Of a DNA stretch of 64,000 nt, positions 54,899-64,000 are shown piece after piece. The notes under the pieces are model-generated. The model made no database searches and was not told the origin of the DNA. It saw only the letters and a list, made by a program, of their open reading frames with translations. Position 1 is the stretch's first letter; every line of letters starts with the position of its first letter. Origin of the DNA: Candidatus Acidiferrum sp. (lineage in GTDB: Bacteria; Acidobacteriota; Terriglobia; Acidiferrales; UBA7541); NCBI GenBank assembly GCA_035576885.1, contig DATLVZ010000005.1, positions 13,927-77,926 on the forward strand, read 5' to 3'. Position numbers and translations under genes: made by a program.

Positions 54899-56098
54899 AT
54901 GAAAGACCCAACTCCGGTTTCGCCGATTCCCTCCGGCATGCAACGCCAGCAACAGATTTACACGGCTGGTTTGCAAGGCGCATCGCTCTCCATTCCGATT
55001 TCTCTTGCTCTTCTGGAACAAAAAGCAAAGGAAATCCTTTCGCCGGCTGCTAACGATTACGTCGCCGGAGGTGCGAGCGGAGAAGATACGGTGCGCGCCA
55101 ATCGCGAGGCCTTTTACCGCTGGAGGATCGTGCCTCGCATGCTGCGCGACGTTTCGCAACGAGATTTGAGCGTTGAGCTGTTTGGTTCGCGGCTGCCAGC
55201 GCCGATGATCCTCGGCCCCGTGGGAGTTCAGGGCATTCTTCATGCGGAAGGGGAAATCGCATCTGCTCGCGCAGCGGCTTCGCTCAGCTTGCCATTTGCG
55301 CTCAGCACTGCCTCAAGCCGGACGATCGAGGAAGTGGCCCAAGCAACCGACAGCGCGGGGGGCAGCCTCCGTTGGTTTCAACTTTATTGGGGAAGGAATC
55401 CTGATTTGACGGCGAGCATGTTGCAACGGGCGGAGCGCGCCGGATACCAGGCGCTGATCGTCACCCTTGACACAAGTATGCTCGCTTGGCGTGAGCGCGA
55501 CCTTCAGCACGCCTATTTGCCTTTTATCCTCGGCCAGGGCCTCGCCAATTACTTCAGCGATCCCGTTTTTCGCGCGCTGCTTCCGCAGCCGCCGGAGCAG
55601 AATCCGGGTGCGGCGATTCAAGTCTGGAGCAGCCTCTTTTCCAACACTGCCCTCACCTGGAAGGACCTTCCATTTCTCCGCAAGCACACCCGGGTTCCGA
55701 TTATATTGAAGGGCATTCTGCATCCGGAAGATGCGGCGCTCGCAGTCGACGCCGGAGTTGACGGTCTGGTTGTCTCGAATCATGGCGGCCGTCAGGTGGA
55801 CGGCGCTATCGCCACGCTTGATGCTCTCCCCGTGATCGTCCGACAAGTAAACGGACGGATTCCCGTACTGTTCGACGGAGGCATTCGACGCGGTGCCGAC
55901 GTGTTCAAGGCACTCGCGCTGGGTGCTCGCGCCGTCCTGCTCGGCCGTCTCTACACCTGGGGCCTGACAGTGGCCGGCGAACAGGGCGTCCGCGATGTTG
56001 TTCTGAATCTGCTTGCCGATTTTGACCTCACGCTGGCGCTCAGCGGTCACACATCATGCCGAGCTTTGGATCCTACGGCCTTGAGCAATGCAGAGTAG
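54899..56098 (+). CDS. FMN-dependent alpha-hydroxy-acid oxidase/dehydrogenase (lactate oxidase / 2-monooxygenase-like)
   Basis: RWRIVPRMLRDVS...APMILGPVG...LVVSNHGGRQVDGAIATLDAL...DGGIRRGADVFKALALGA. Confidence 0.85.
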   Translation: MKDPTPVSPIPSGMQRQQQIYTAGLQGASLSIPISLALLEQKAKEILSPAANDYVAGGASGEDTVRANREAFYRWRIVPRMLRDVSQRDLSVELFGSRLPAPMILGPVGVQGILHAEGEIASARAAASLSLPFALSTASSRTIEEVAQATDSAGGSLRWFQLYWGRNPDLTASMLQRAERAGYQALIVTLDTSMLAWRERDLQHAYLPFILGQGLANYFSDPVFRALLPQPPEQNPGAAIQVWSSLFSNTALTWKDLPFLRKHTRVPIILKGILHPEDAALAVDAGVDGLVVSNHGGRQVDGAIATLDALPVIVRQVNGRIPVLFDGGIRRGADVFKALALGARAVLLGRLYTWGLTVAGEQGVRDVVLNLLADFDLTLALSGHTSCRALDPTALSNAE

Positions 56099-56109
56099 CT
56101 TTTCATTTC

Positions 56110-56928
56110 TCATGGTTTTTTGGCGATCATAAGGCCGTAGATGAAATTGCCAGAAGCAAAACCTTCTCTCATGGTCTTGAACGCTTTGAGGTGGTGAACA
56201 AAGGTGACGCCATTTTGTACGGCAATCGTCCAGAACGCCTTGTTCTTGATGATATCCAGACAGAGATCCCATGTTTTGGCGCAATGCTTGTTGAGGATTT
56301 CGGTTTTTACGATTTGCAGGCCATTTGTTTTCATCAACGTTTCGTACTCTTCCATCGTGTGCAGTTCGACGAGCATGCCTTTTTCGATGGGTTGCAAGAA
56401 TTTCTTGTGTTCGCTGGGCGCCAACCCGTCTTTCTTGAACCAGTCCGTGATGGCCATCGTTCCGTTGGAACGTAGGAGTTTGGCCGCGGATGCAAAGAAC
56501 TTTTCCAGGTTCGAATAGTGCGAAATCGATTCCACCGACCAAATCACGTCGAAGGGTTTCTCAAAGCCTATGGCTTCTGCGTCCATAAGCAGGAATTTTG
56601 CGCTGGCCTTGGCACTTTCCGTCGCTTCATTGGCCATTTCCACCTGCACAGGAGAAATCGTGATTCCCGTCGCCTGCGCCTTGTACTGCTTGGCCAGATA
56701 GATACTGCTTGCTCCAAAGCCACAGCCGACGTCAAGAACTGTGCATCCCGAAGTGAGATGGGCTGCGCGCGCCAAGTGTTCAATTAGCTGCAGCTGCGCT
56801 TCTTCTTTTGTCTCGTCGCCGCCTATCCAATAGCCGTGGTGCAAGTGCTCTCCCCACAGCTTGCGATAGTAAGGGCTGACACGGTCATAGTGGTCGCGTA
56901 TTGTTTCCTTGTCGTTGTATCGAGTCAT
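56110..56928 (-). CDS. Class I SAM-dependent methyltransferase (tocopherol / sarcosine-type O/N-methyltransferase-like)
   Basis: YDRVSPYYRKLWGEHLHHGYW...VLDVGCGFGASSIYLA...ATGITISPVQ. Confidence 0.75.
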   Translation of the reverse strand: MTRYNDKETIRDHYDRVSPYYRKLWGEHLHHGYWIGGDETKEEAQLQLIEHLARAAHLTSGCTVLDVGCGFGASSIYLAKQYKAQATGITISPVQVEMANEATESAKASAKFLLMDAEAIGFEKPFDVIWSVESISHYSNLEKFFASAAKLLRSNGTMAITDWFKKDGLAPSEHKKFLQPIEKGMLVELHTMEEYETLMKTNGLQIVKTEILNKHCAKTWDLCLDIIKNKAFWTIAVQNGVTFVHHLKAFKTMREGFASGNFIYGLMIAKKP

Positions 56929-57135
56929 CGCCCCATCATGCTTTAAACGGAACTAGATTTATAGCTCGGAATCTCGCACGCGCGTTTCCTTGTGTTTGAA
57001 GCAGCGTTGGCGGACGTATTGCAGGCTGTTAAGTTGCGGCACCCCTTACCCGGTGCCATAATTCAAACTTGCAGCGCAGACTTAAAGGGACCAGAGAAGC
57101 GTCTAGTGTCCCGAGTTGCTCTGTGTGGTTTCTGA

Positions 57136-58560
<1,425 letters not shown>

Positions 58561-58605
58561 GATGCTGGCCACTCTGATCGCGAACTTCCGCATCGGAATC
58601 GTCTG

Positions 58606-59415
58606 ATGACATTTCTGAAAAGCGGAGTGGCCGTTATTACGGGTGCTGCAAGCGGGATTGGGCGCGCGCTGGCGCAGCAACTAGCGGCGGTTGGCTCAGC
58701 GCTGGCGATTGCGGACATCGACGAGAAAGGACTGACCGAGACTGCGGCCTCGCTGACGGGCAGGAAAGCCGCGGTTTCGACACATGTGCTCGATGTTTCC
58801 AAGGAAGAGGGCGTGCAAAGCTTTGCCGAGGACGTCACTGCACGCCACGGTCGCGTCACGCTGCTCGTCAACAACGCAGGCGTCGCATTGATCGGCACCT
58901 TCGAAGAAATTTCTCTCGACGATCTGCGCTGGCTGATGGGCATCAATTTCTGGGGCGTCGTTTATGGAGTGAAGTATTTCCTGCCGATCCTCAGGCAGCA
59001 GGCGCGCGCCCACATCGTAAATTTATCGAGCGTTTTCGGCATTATCGCTCCAGTAGGACAGAGCGCCTATTCTGCCAGCAAATTCGCCGTGCGTGGTTTT
59101 ACCGAGGTCTTGAGACACGAACTCGAAGGCACTTCGGTCTCAGTCTCCTGTGTTCACCCGGGTGGAATTCACACCCCGATCGCGAAACGCGCGCGCCTGG
59201 GTGCAAATGCTCCGCCAATCAAACACGAAGAGGCTGTTGCGCGGTTTGAGCAACTGACACCTACCTCGCCGGAAGCCGCTGCGGCCCGCATATTAAAAGG
59301 CGTTGAACGACGCGAACCGCGCATCCTCATCGGGCGCGATGCCCGCCAAATCGACATCTTGCAACGCCTTCGTCCCGCCACCTACTGGAAAATCATGGCC
59401 AAGCGAGCGCAATGA
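58606..59415 (+). CDS. Short-chain dehydrogenase/reductase
   Basis: AVITGAASGIGRA (TGxxxGxG), NNAG, YSASKFAV (YxxxK). Confidence 0.85.
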   Translation: MTFLKSGVAVITGAASGIGRALAQQLAAVGSALAIADIDEKGLTETAASLTGRKAAVSTHVLDVSKEEGVQSFAEDVTARHGRVTLLVNNAGVALIGTFEEISLDDLRWLMGINFWGVVYGVKYFLPILRQQARAHIVNLSSVFGIIAPVGQSAYSASKFAVRGFTEVLRHELEGTSVSVSCVHPGGIHTPIAKRARLGANAPPIKHEEAVARFEQLTPTSPEAAAARILKGVERREPRILIGRDARQIDILQRLRPATYWKIMAKRAQ

Positions 59416-59533
59416 CCCATCTCCGCAAGTTGAGCTCAGCAGTCGCACGCTTTGACGCCGTTACAATGCCAGACTATACTGCGCTCCGGAATTCGAGAAG
59501 ATAATCTGCCATTTCCTTCCCCGAGGAGTGACC

Positions 59534-59839
59534 ATGCCGTTTGTACGCGCCGCCAAGACTGCCGAAGTGCCCGCCGGTACAATCCATGAATTTCAAGTCG
59601 CCGGCAAAGCGGTGGCGCTAGCCAATGTCGCCGGTAAGTTCTACGCAATCAGCGATGTGTGCATTCACCGCGGCGGGCCGCTAGGCCAAGGAGAACTCCA
59701 CGAGAATGTGGTGACTTGCCCATGGCATGGTTGGCAGTATGATGTCACCACGGGCAAGGTTACGCAGAATCCTACTATGGGGGTCGCCTGCTATGCCGCG
59801 GAAGTACGCGGTGACGAAGTATTCGTGGACATCACTTGA
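59534..59839 (+). CDS. Small Rieske [2Fe-2S] domain protein (NirD / ferredoxin-subunit-like)
   Basis: CIHRGGPL...CPWHGWQY (CxH...CxxH). GAGGAG lies 5 nt before ATG 59534. Confidence 0.8.
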   Translation: MPFVRAAKTAEVPAGTIHEFQVAGKAVALANVAGKFYAISDVCIHRGGPLGQGELHENVVTCPWHGWQYDVTTGKVTQNPTMGVACYAAEVRGDEVFVDIT

Positions 59840-60001
59840 GATCCACCTAAACGAATAAAAACAAACAAGATACGCTTGGAATCTGCTCCCTTTGCCCTTC
59901 GTCTGCATTTCCATCACCTACCGGCCAAGAGCAGCTAACCCCTATATTTTGTTTCGCTTTTTGCTCTTCCCCGTGTATATTGCTGCCGACTCGACGCCTC
60001 G

Positions 60002-60460
60002 ATGGCAACTCCGACTTCGCAACGACATTACTGGATATTCAGCGCCGACCCCCACCACTACCACTGGGATACCCTCTTCGTGAAGGGCAAAGAAATGTGG
60101 CATGGGGCCGAGTCCAAACCGGACGCCGTTCGTGCGCTCAAACAGGTTCGCAAGGGTGATCGCGTGCTCTGCTACCACTCCGCGCCGGAGAGGACGCTCT
60201 ACTCGATCGCTGAAGTAACGCGCGACCCGTACCCCGACCCTCATGACCATGAGGGGAAAAATCTCGTTGCGGACCTGAGAGCCTTTGACCGCTTGCCGAG
60301 GCAAGTCTCGCTGTCGGAACTGCGCTCCAATCCTGCCTTGAAAAAAATGAAGCTGTTAAAGAACGTGCGAGTGTTGGTTTCGCAGATTACCGAAGCCGAA
60401 TACCAGGAAATCCTGCGCATGGCCGGCATTGTAGCTTCTCCGGGGATCCCGCTCCCCTGA
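60002..60460 (+). CDS. EVE (PUA-like) domain protein
   Basis: 152 aa. HYWIFSADPHHY...VRKGDRVLCYHSAPERTLYSIAEVTRDPYPDP matches the recalled EVE-domain pattern. Confidence 0.5.
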   Translation: MATPTSQRHYWIFSADPHHYHWDTLFVKGKEMWHGAESKPDAVRALKQVRKGDRVLCYHSAPERTLYSIAEVTRDPYPDPHDHEGKNLVADLRAFDRLPRQVSLSELRSNPALKKMKLLKNVRVLVSQITEAEYQEILRMAGIVASPGIPLP

Positions 60461-60464
60461 CGTC

Positions 60465-61178
60465 ATGTTCGAGGGGATCCTATCCGGAAAGACGCGAGTC
60501 CTGGACCTCGCCTACGCCATCAGCGACAAACTGGTGCCCTGGCCCGGCGATGAACGGTGGTTCGAGGCCAAACTCAATGCCAGTGTCGAAAAAGACGGTT
60601 TCTACACACGAAGCTTCTGGATGCTGGAGCACTACGGGACCCATCTGGATGCGCCGATTCATTTTCCTCCGGGAAAGACGCCCGTTGATCAGATCCCGGT
60701 TAGTCAGCTCTTTGGAATGGTGGCCGTACTCGATGTTCGAGCGGAAGGGGCGGCAGATGCGGACTACCAGCTTCCGGTCACGCGAATTAATGAGTGGGAA
60801 AATCGGCTCGGGCTAATTCCACCGGGAACCATCGTGCTACTCCGGACCGGTTGGGCATCGCGCTGGCCGGATGCGCTCAGCTACCGAAATGAGGACGCAT
60901 CTGGACGCATGCATTTTCCAGGATTTTCCGTGGAGGCCGTAAAACGATTGATTGAGCGCCGGGTCAGCGGCATCGGATGTGACACAATGAGCGTCGATTT
61001 TGGCGCATCAGCGGATTTCGCGGTGCATCGTTTGGCGCTGGGAGCTGGTCTCTATCACCTGGAGAATCTCTCGGATTTAAGCGAATTGCCCGAAAAAGGC
61101 GCGTTCCTCCTTGTGGCGCCCATCAAGCTCGAAGGCGGTTCCGGTGGGCCTGTGCGCGTATTTGCGCTGCTGCCATGA
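60465..61178 (+). CDS. Cyclase-family protein (kynurenine formamidase-like)
   Basis: EHYGTHLDAPIHF (HxGTHxDxPxH) and LLRTGW...DTMSVD. Confidence 0.75.
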   Translation: MFEGILSGKTRVLDLAYAISDKLVPWPGDERWFEAKLNASVEKDGFYTRSFWMLEHYGTHLDAPIHFPPGKTPVDQIPVSQLFGMVAVLDVRAEGAADADYQLPVTRINEWENRLGLIPPGTIVLLRTGWASRWPDALSYRNEDASGRMHFPGFSVEAVKRLIERRVSGIGCDTMSVDFGASADFAVHRLALGAGLYHLENLSDLSELPEKGAFLLVAPIKLEGGSGGPVRVFALLP

Positions 61179-61255
61179 GGCCGCGCAGAAATACGCAAAC
61201 ATTTATGTGGCTCCTTACGTCTTAAGAATGCAGGGTTGCGGCTGAGGGTGGATTC

Positions 61256-62605
61256 ATGAAAGCAATTTGGTACCGTTTCACCACATTGTTGATCTTGTGC
61301 GCCTTATGCATTGCTGCGCCGCAGGCTTGGGCGCAGTCGCAAGAGTTTCCCGTCAGCACACGTACGCTGAAAAATGGCATGAAGGTGTTGGTGCAGACGG
61401 ACCACAGCATTCCGAACGTGGCGCTCTACATCTTCTACCGGATCGGGTCTCGCAACGAACGACCCGGCACGACCGGCCTCTCCCACTTCTTCGAGCACAT
61501 GATGTTCAACGGCGCAAAGAAATATGGGCCGGGCGAACTCGATAAAGTGATGGAAGCAAACGGCGGTTCGAACAACGCCTACACCACGCAAAATGTGACC
61601 GTCTACCAGGACTGGTTTCCGCGCTCTGCGCTTTCCCTGATTTACGATATCGAATCCGACCGCATCCGCGATTTGACCTTCGACCCTAAGAAAATCGCCT
61701 CCGAACGCGAAGTAGTGGCTTCCGAGCGCCGGCTGAGCGTCGACAATGATAATTTCGGCTTGCTCGACGAGCAGCTTTGGGCCTCCGCGTTTATCGCGCA
61801 CCCCTATCAATGGCCTGTTGTCGGCTGGATGAGCGACATCGAACATTGGACCATGGACGACCTCAAACATCATTTTGAGATGGGCTACTCGCCCAGCAAC
61901 GCGACGATGGTTGTAGTCGGGGATGTTTCACCCGAGGATATCTTTCAGCTCTGCGAAAAATTTATCGAACCGATCCCTTCGCACTCGCCACCACCGCCGG
62001 TTACCACTGTCGAGCCGGAGCAACTCGGCGAGCGGCGGCTCGTCGTTCACAAGCCGGCGGAGCTGCCCCTGCTTTTGATCGGGTACCATATTCCGCAAAC
62101 AAACAATCCGGATTTCTACGCTTTCAATATTCTCCGTAGCGTGCTTTTCCAGGGAGAAAGTTCGCGGATGTACCAGCGGCTGGTCGACAAGGATCAGATT
62201 GCGCTGGACGTTTCCTCTTACGTACAGCCGGCGTTCGATCCCACACTGGCCATCGTCACGGCTCAACCGCGGCAAGCGGTGGATCCGCAAACCTGCGAAA
62301 AGGCAATCTACGAGGAACTCGAGAAAGTGAAAGCCGCACAAATCAGTGACCAGGAGCTTGAGAAAGCGAAAAACGCCAGGCTGGTCGAATTCTACAGAGA
62401 AATGCGTACAATCAGCGGCCGCGCCAACACGATTGGAACGTATGAAGTGTTCATGGGCGACTACAACAAATTGTTTGGCGCCGCGAAGAATTACTCGGCG
62501 GTGACAAAAGACGATGTCCAGCGTGTTGCAAAAAAATACTTTGGAGCCAACAATCGTACCGTCGCGACGCTCCTTCCAGAGAACGAAGGGAAGGCCAAAC
62601 AATGA
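61256..62605 (+). CDS. M16 (pitrilysin) family zinc peptidase, catalytic subunit
   Basis: Signal peptide. GLSHFFEHMMFNG (HxxEH) followed by the downstream Glu region ASEREVVASER. Confidence 0.85.
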   Translation: MKAIWYRFTTLLILCALCIAAPQAWAQSQEFPVSTRTLKNGMKVLVQTDHSIPNVALYIFYRIGSRNERPGTTGLSHFFEHMMFNGAKKYGPGELDKVMEANGGSNNAYTTQNVTVYQDWFPRSALSLIYDIESDRIRDLTFDPKKIASEREVVASERRLSVDNDNFGLLDEQLWASAFIAHPYQWPVVGWMSDIEHWTMDDLKHHFEMGYSPSNATMVVVGDVSPEDIFQLCEKFIEPIPSHSPPPPVTTVEPEQLGERRLVVHKPAELPLLLIGYHIPQTNNPDFYAFNILRSVLFQGESSRMYQRLVDKDQIALDVSSYVQPAFDPTLAIVTAQPRQAVDPQTCEKAIYEELEKVKAAQISDQELEKAKNARLVEFYREMRTISGRANTIGTYEVFMGDYNKLFGAAKNYSAVTKDDVQRVAKKYFGANNRTVATLLPENEGKAKQ

Positions 62606-64000
62606 CGCGCGATAGAAATGGCATGCGCCTTCTCGCATTCACAGCGTTTCTGCTCCTGGCATGTCCCGCCGCCCCGTCGCAGTCGCTTCACCTTCCCCCG
62701 CACGAGAAAGTAGTGCTCAAGAACGGATTGACCGTGCTGCTGATGGAGAAGCGGGGCGTACCTCTCATCGACATGTTCGCGATTGTCAAGACCGGCGCAG
62801 CGGCTGACCCCGCCGGCGAAGCAGGGCTCGCCTCGGCTACAGCTGGTCTCCTCCGCAAGGGAACGAAGACGCGCACGGCACAACAGTTCGCCGCCGACTT
62901 CGATTACATCGGCGGCTCCTTTGATGCAAGCGCTGGCGCCGACTTCTCGAACATCAGCGCCGAATTCCTGACCAAGGATCTCGACCGCGGATTAGAGCTT
63001 TTTTCCGATGCCATTCTGCATCCCACGTTCCCTCAAAGCGAGACCGATAAGTTCCTGGCGCAAAGCCTTGACGGCGTGAAATCCGCGAAAGACGATCCGC
63101 AATCCGTGCTGGGCTTGTACTACGCAGGATATCTTTACGGCCCGCATTCCTACGGGCGGCCGTCTGATGGCGATGAGCTTTCGCTCAAGCGCATCCAGCG
63201 GGATGCCATTGTGAAATTTTATGAAACGAACTATGCGCCTGGCAACACCATCCTGGGAATCGCCGGCGAGTTTGATGCCTCGGAAATGCGTAAAAAACTC
63301 GAAGCGACACTGGGCGGATGGCCCCCACGGACGGTGGCAAGCACACCGATCCTGGCTGTCCCGCCGGTAAAAGGGAAAAAGCTTTTGCTGATCGACAAGC
63401 CCGATGCGACGCAGACCTATTTCGCCATCGGAAACATCGGGACCGCTGTCAACGATCCGGATCGCGTCGCGATTCGTGTGGTTAACACGATCTTTGGCGG
63501 CCGTTTCACCTCCGAACTAAATGAAGCGCTTCGGGTCGAGTCGGGCTACAGTTACGGCGCGGGCTCTTTTTTTGATTCCCACAAAGCTCCCGGTCCGTTC
63601 GAGATTTACAGCTTCACGAAAAATGAAACCACCACTCCCGCAATTGATCTTGCCTTGCAGGTGTTGGAAAAACTTCACAAGAACGGTGTGACTGAGGAGC
63701 AACTAAAGTCCGCGAAGAGTTACATTAAAGGACAATATCCGCCGACAATCGAAACTTCGAGCCAGCTTGTACGGCGGATTGTATCCAACGAATTTTACGG
63801 GCTTGGCGACGATGAGGTGAACCTGCTCGAAGCACGCGTTGACGCGGTCACCCCTGCAATCGCCAAGCAGATTATCGAAAAACATTTTCCGCTCGATAGC
63901 CTGGTTTTCGTGCTGATTGGGAAAGCCTCGGCCGTCGGCCCTGCTGTGAAGAAATACGCCGACAAGATAGATGAGCGCCCCATCAGCGATCCCGGCTTCT
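62602..64000 (+). CDS. M16-family peptidase, non-catalytic partner (3' end outside the window)
   Basis: Not in the ORF track because no stop occurs before the window end; translated by hand with no stop. ATGA overlap with the upstream M16 gene. Signal peptide present. LASATAGLLRKG replaces HxxEH. Confidence 0.75.
   Translation, partial: MTRDRNGMRLLAFTAFLLLACPAAPSQSLHLPPHEKVVLKNGLTVLLMEKRGVPLIDMFAIVKTGAAADPAGEAGLASATAGLLRKGTKTRTAQQFAADFDYIGGSFDASAGADFSNISAEFLTKDLDRGLELFSDAILHPTFPQSETDKFLAQSLDGVKSAKDDPQSVLGLYYAGYLYGPHSYGRPSDGDELSLKRIQRDAIVKFYETNYAPGNTILGIAGEFDASEMRKKLEATLGGWPPRTVASTPILAVPPVKGKKLLLIDKPDATQTYFAIGNIGTAVNDPDRVAIRVVNTIFGGRFTSELNEALRVESGYSYGAGSFFDSHKAPGPFEIYSFTKNETTTPAIDLALQVLEKLHKNGVTEEQLKSAKSYIKGQYPPTIETSSQLVRRIVSNEFYGLGDDEVNLLEARVDAVTPAIAKQIIEKHFPLDSLVFVLIGKASAVGPAVKKYADKIDERPISDPGF

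Noticed and set aside
54490-54939. 149-aa minus-strand track ORF overlapping the 5' half of the peroxiredoxin-like gene.
   Set aside because: It is in a different frame from the conserved thioredoxin-fold sequence (offset 173 nt from ATG 54766) and has no recognisable features. The frame containing the TGA yields a continuous family-typical protein.

Overview
This 64-kb window looks like part of a fairly GC-rich soil-bacterium chromosome. The gene content resembles Acidobacteriota, but that is inference from gene families only. No rRNA, tRNA, CRISPR array, transposase or integrase was seen.

Layout:
- 27-25809 is a co-directional (+) exopolysaccharide/capsule locus of about 25 kb, of the Wzx/Wzy type. 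It encodes a giant Wza-like exporter, a PAP2-Wzi fusion, a kinase-less PCP, a NusG paralogue, Wzx, Wzy, three GT2 enzymes, a small priming phosphoglycosyl transferase and three methyltransferases. It also encodes a split transketolase, a DegT aminotransferase, a PglF/CapD-type dehydratase and rfbABCD for dTDP-L-rhamnose. The locus is a visible compositional mosaic.
- 26-32.6 kb (-) is an operon of O-methyltransferase, DinB, an orphan Tat-exported molybdopterin hydroxylase subunit and a TolB-propeller/PHP protein.
- 32.6-39 kb holds an esterase, a glycine-zipper protein, and secreted GH30 and GH78 (alpha-L-rhamnosidase) enzymes.
- 39-44.3 kb (-) holds an M29 aminopeptidase, a hicB / frameshifted hicA pair, and three consecutive amide-bond ligases (GCS2/YbdK, ATP-grasp, GspS-like ATP-grasp).
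- The rest is mostly housekeeping: a zinc-ribbon protein, rpsU, a TPR Ser/Thr kinase, glgC, eno, GNAT, DUF1287, an FMN alpha-hydroxy-acid oxidase, thiC, an SDR, a Rieske protein, an EVE-domain protein, a cyclase and an M16 peptidase pair.

Most interesting candidates:
1. A peroxiredoxin-like gene (54233-54766, -) has a single in-frame TGA at the first Cys position of its CxxC motif, followed by a strong stem-loop. It is a candidate selenoprotein that the ORF track splits.
2. The three-amidoligase operon may make a small gamma-glutamyl peptide, thiol or conjugate.
3. The NusG-paralogue gene is followed by a terminator, four in-register repeats of about 39 bp, and an ops-like GCGGTAG element ahead of wzx.
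4. A TylF-methyltransferase / split-transketolase / DegT cassette sits inside the EPS locus.
5. The PAP2-Wzi fusion.

All functional calls rest on motifs read from the translations and recalled family knowledge. No database search was possible.
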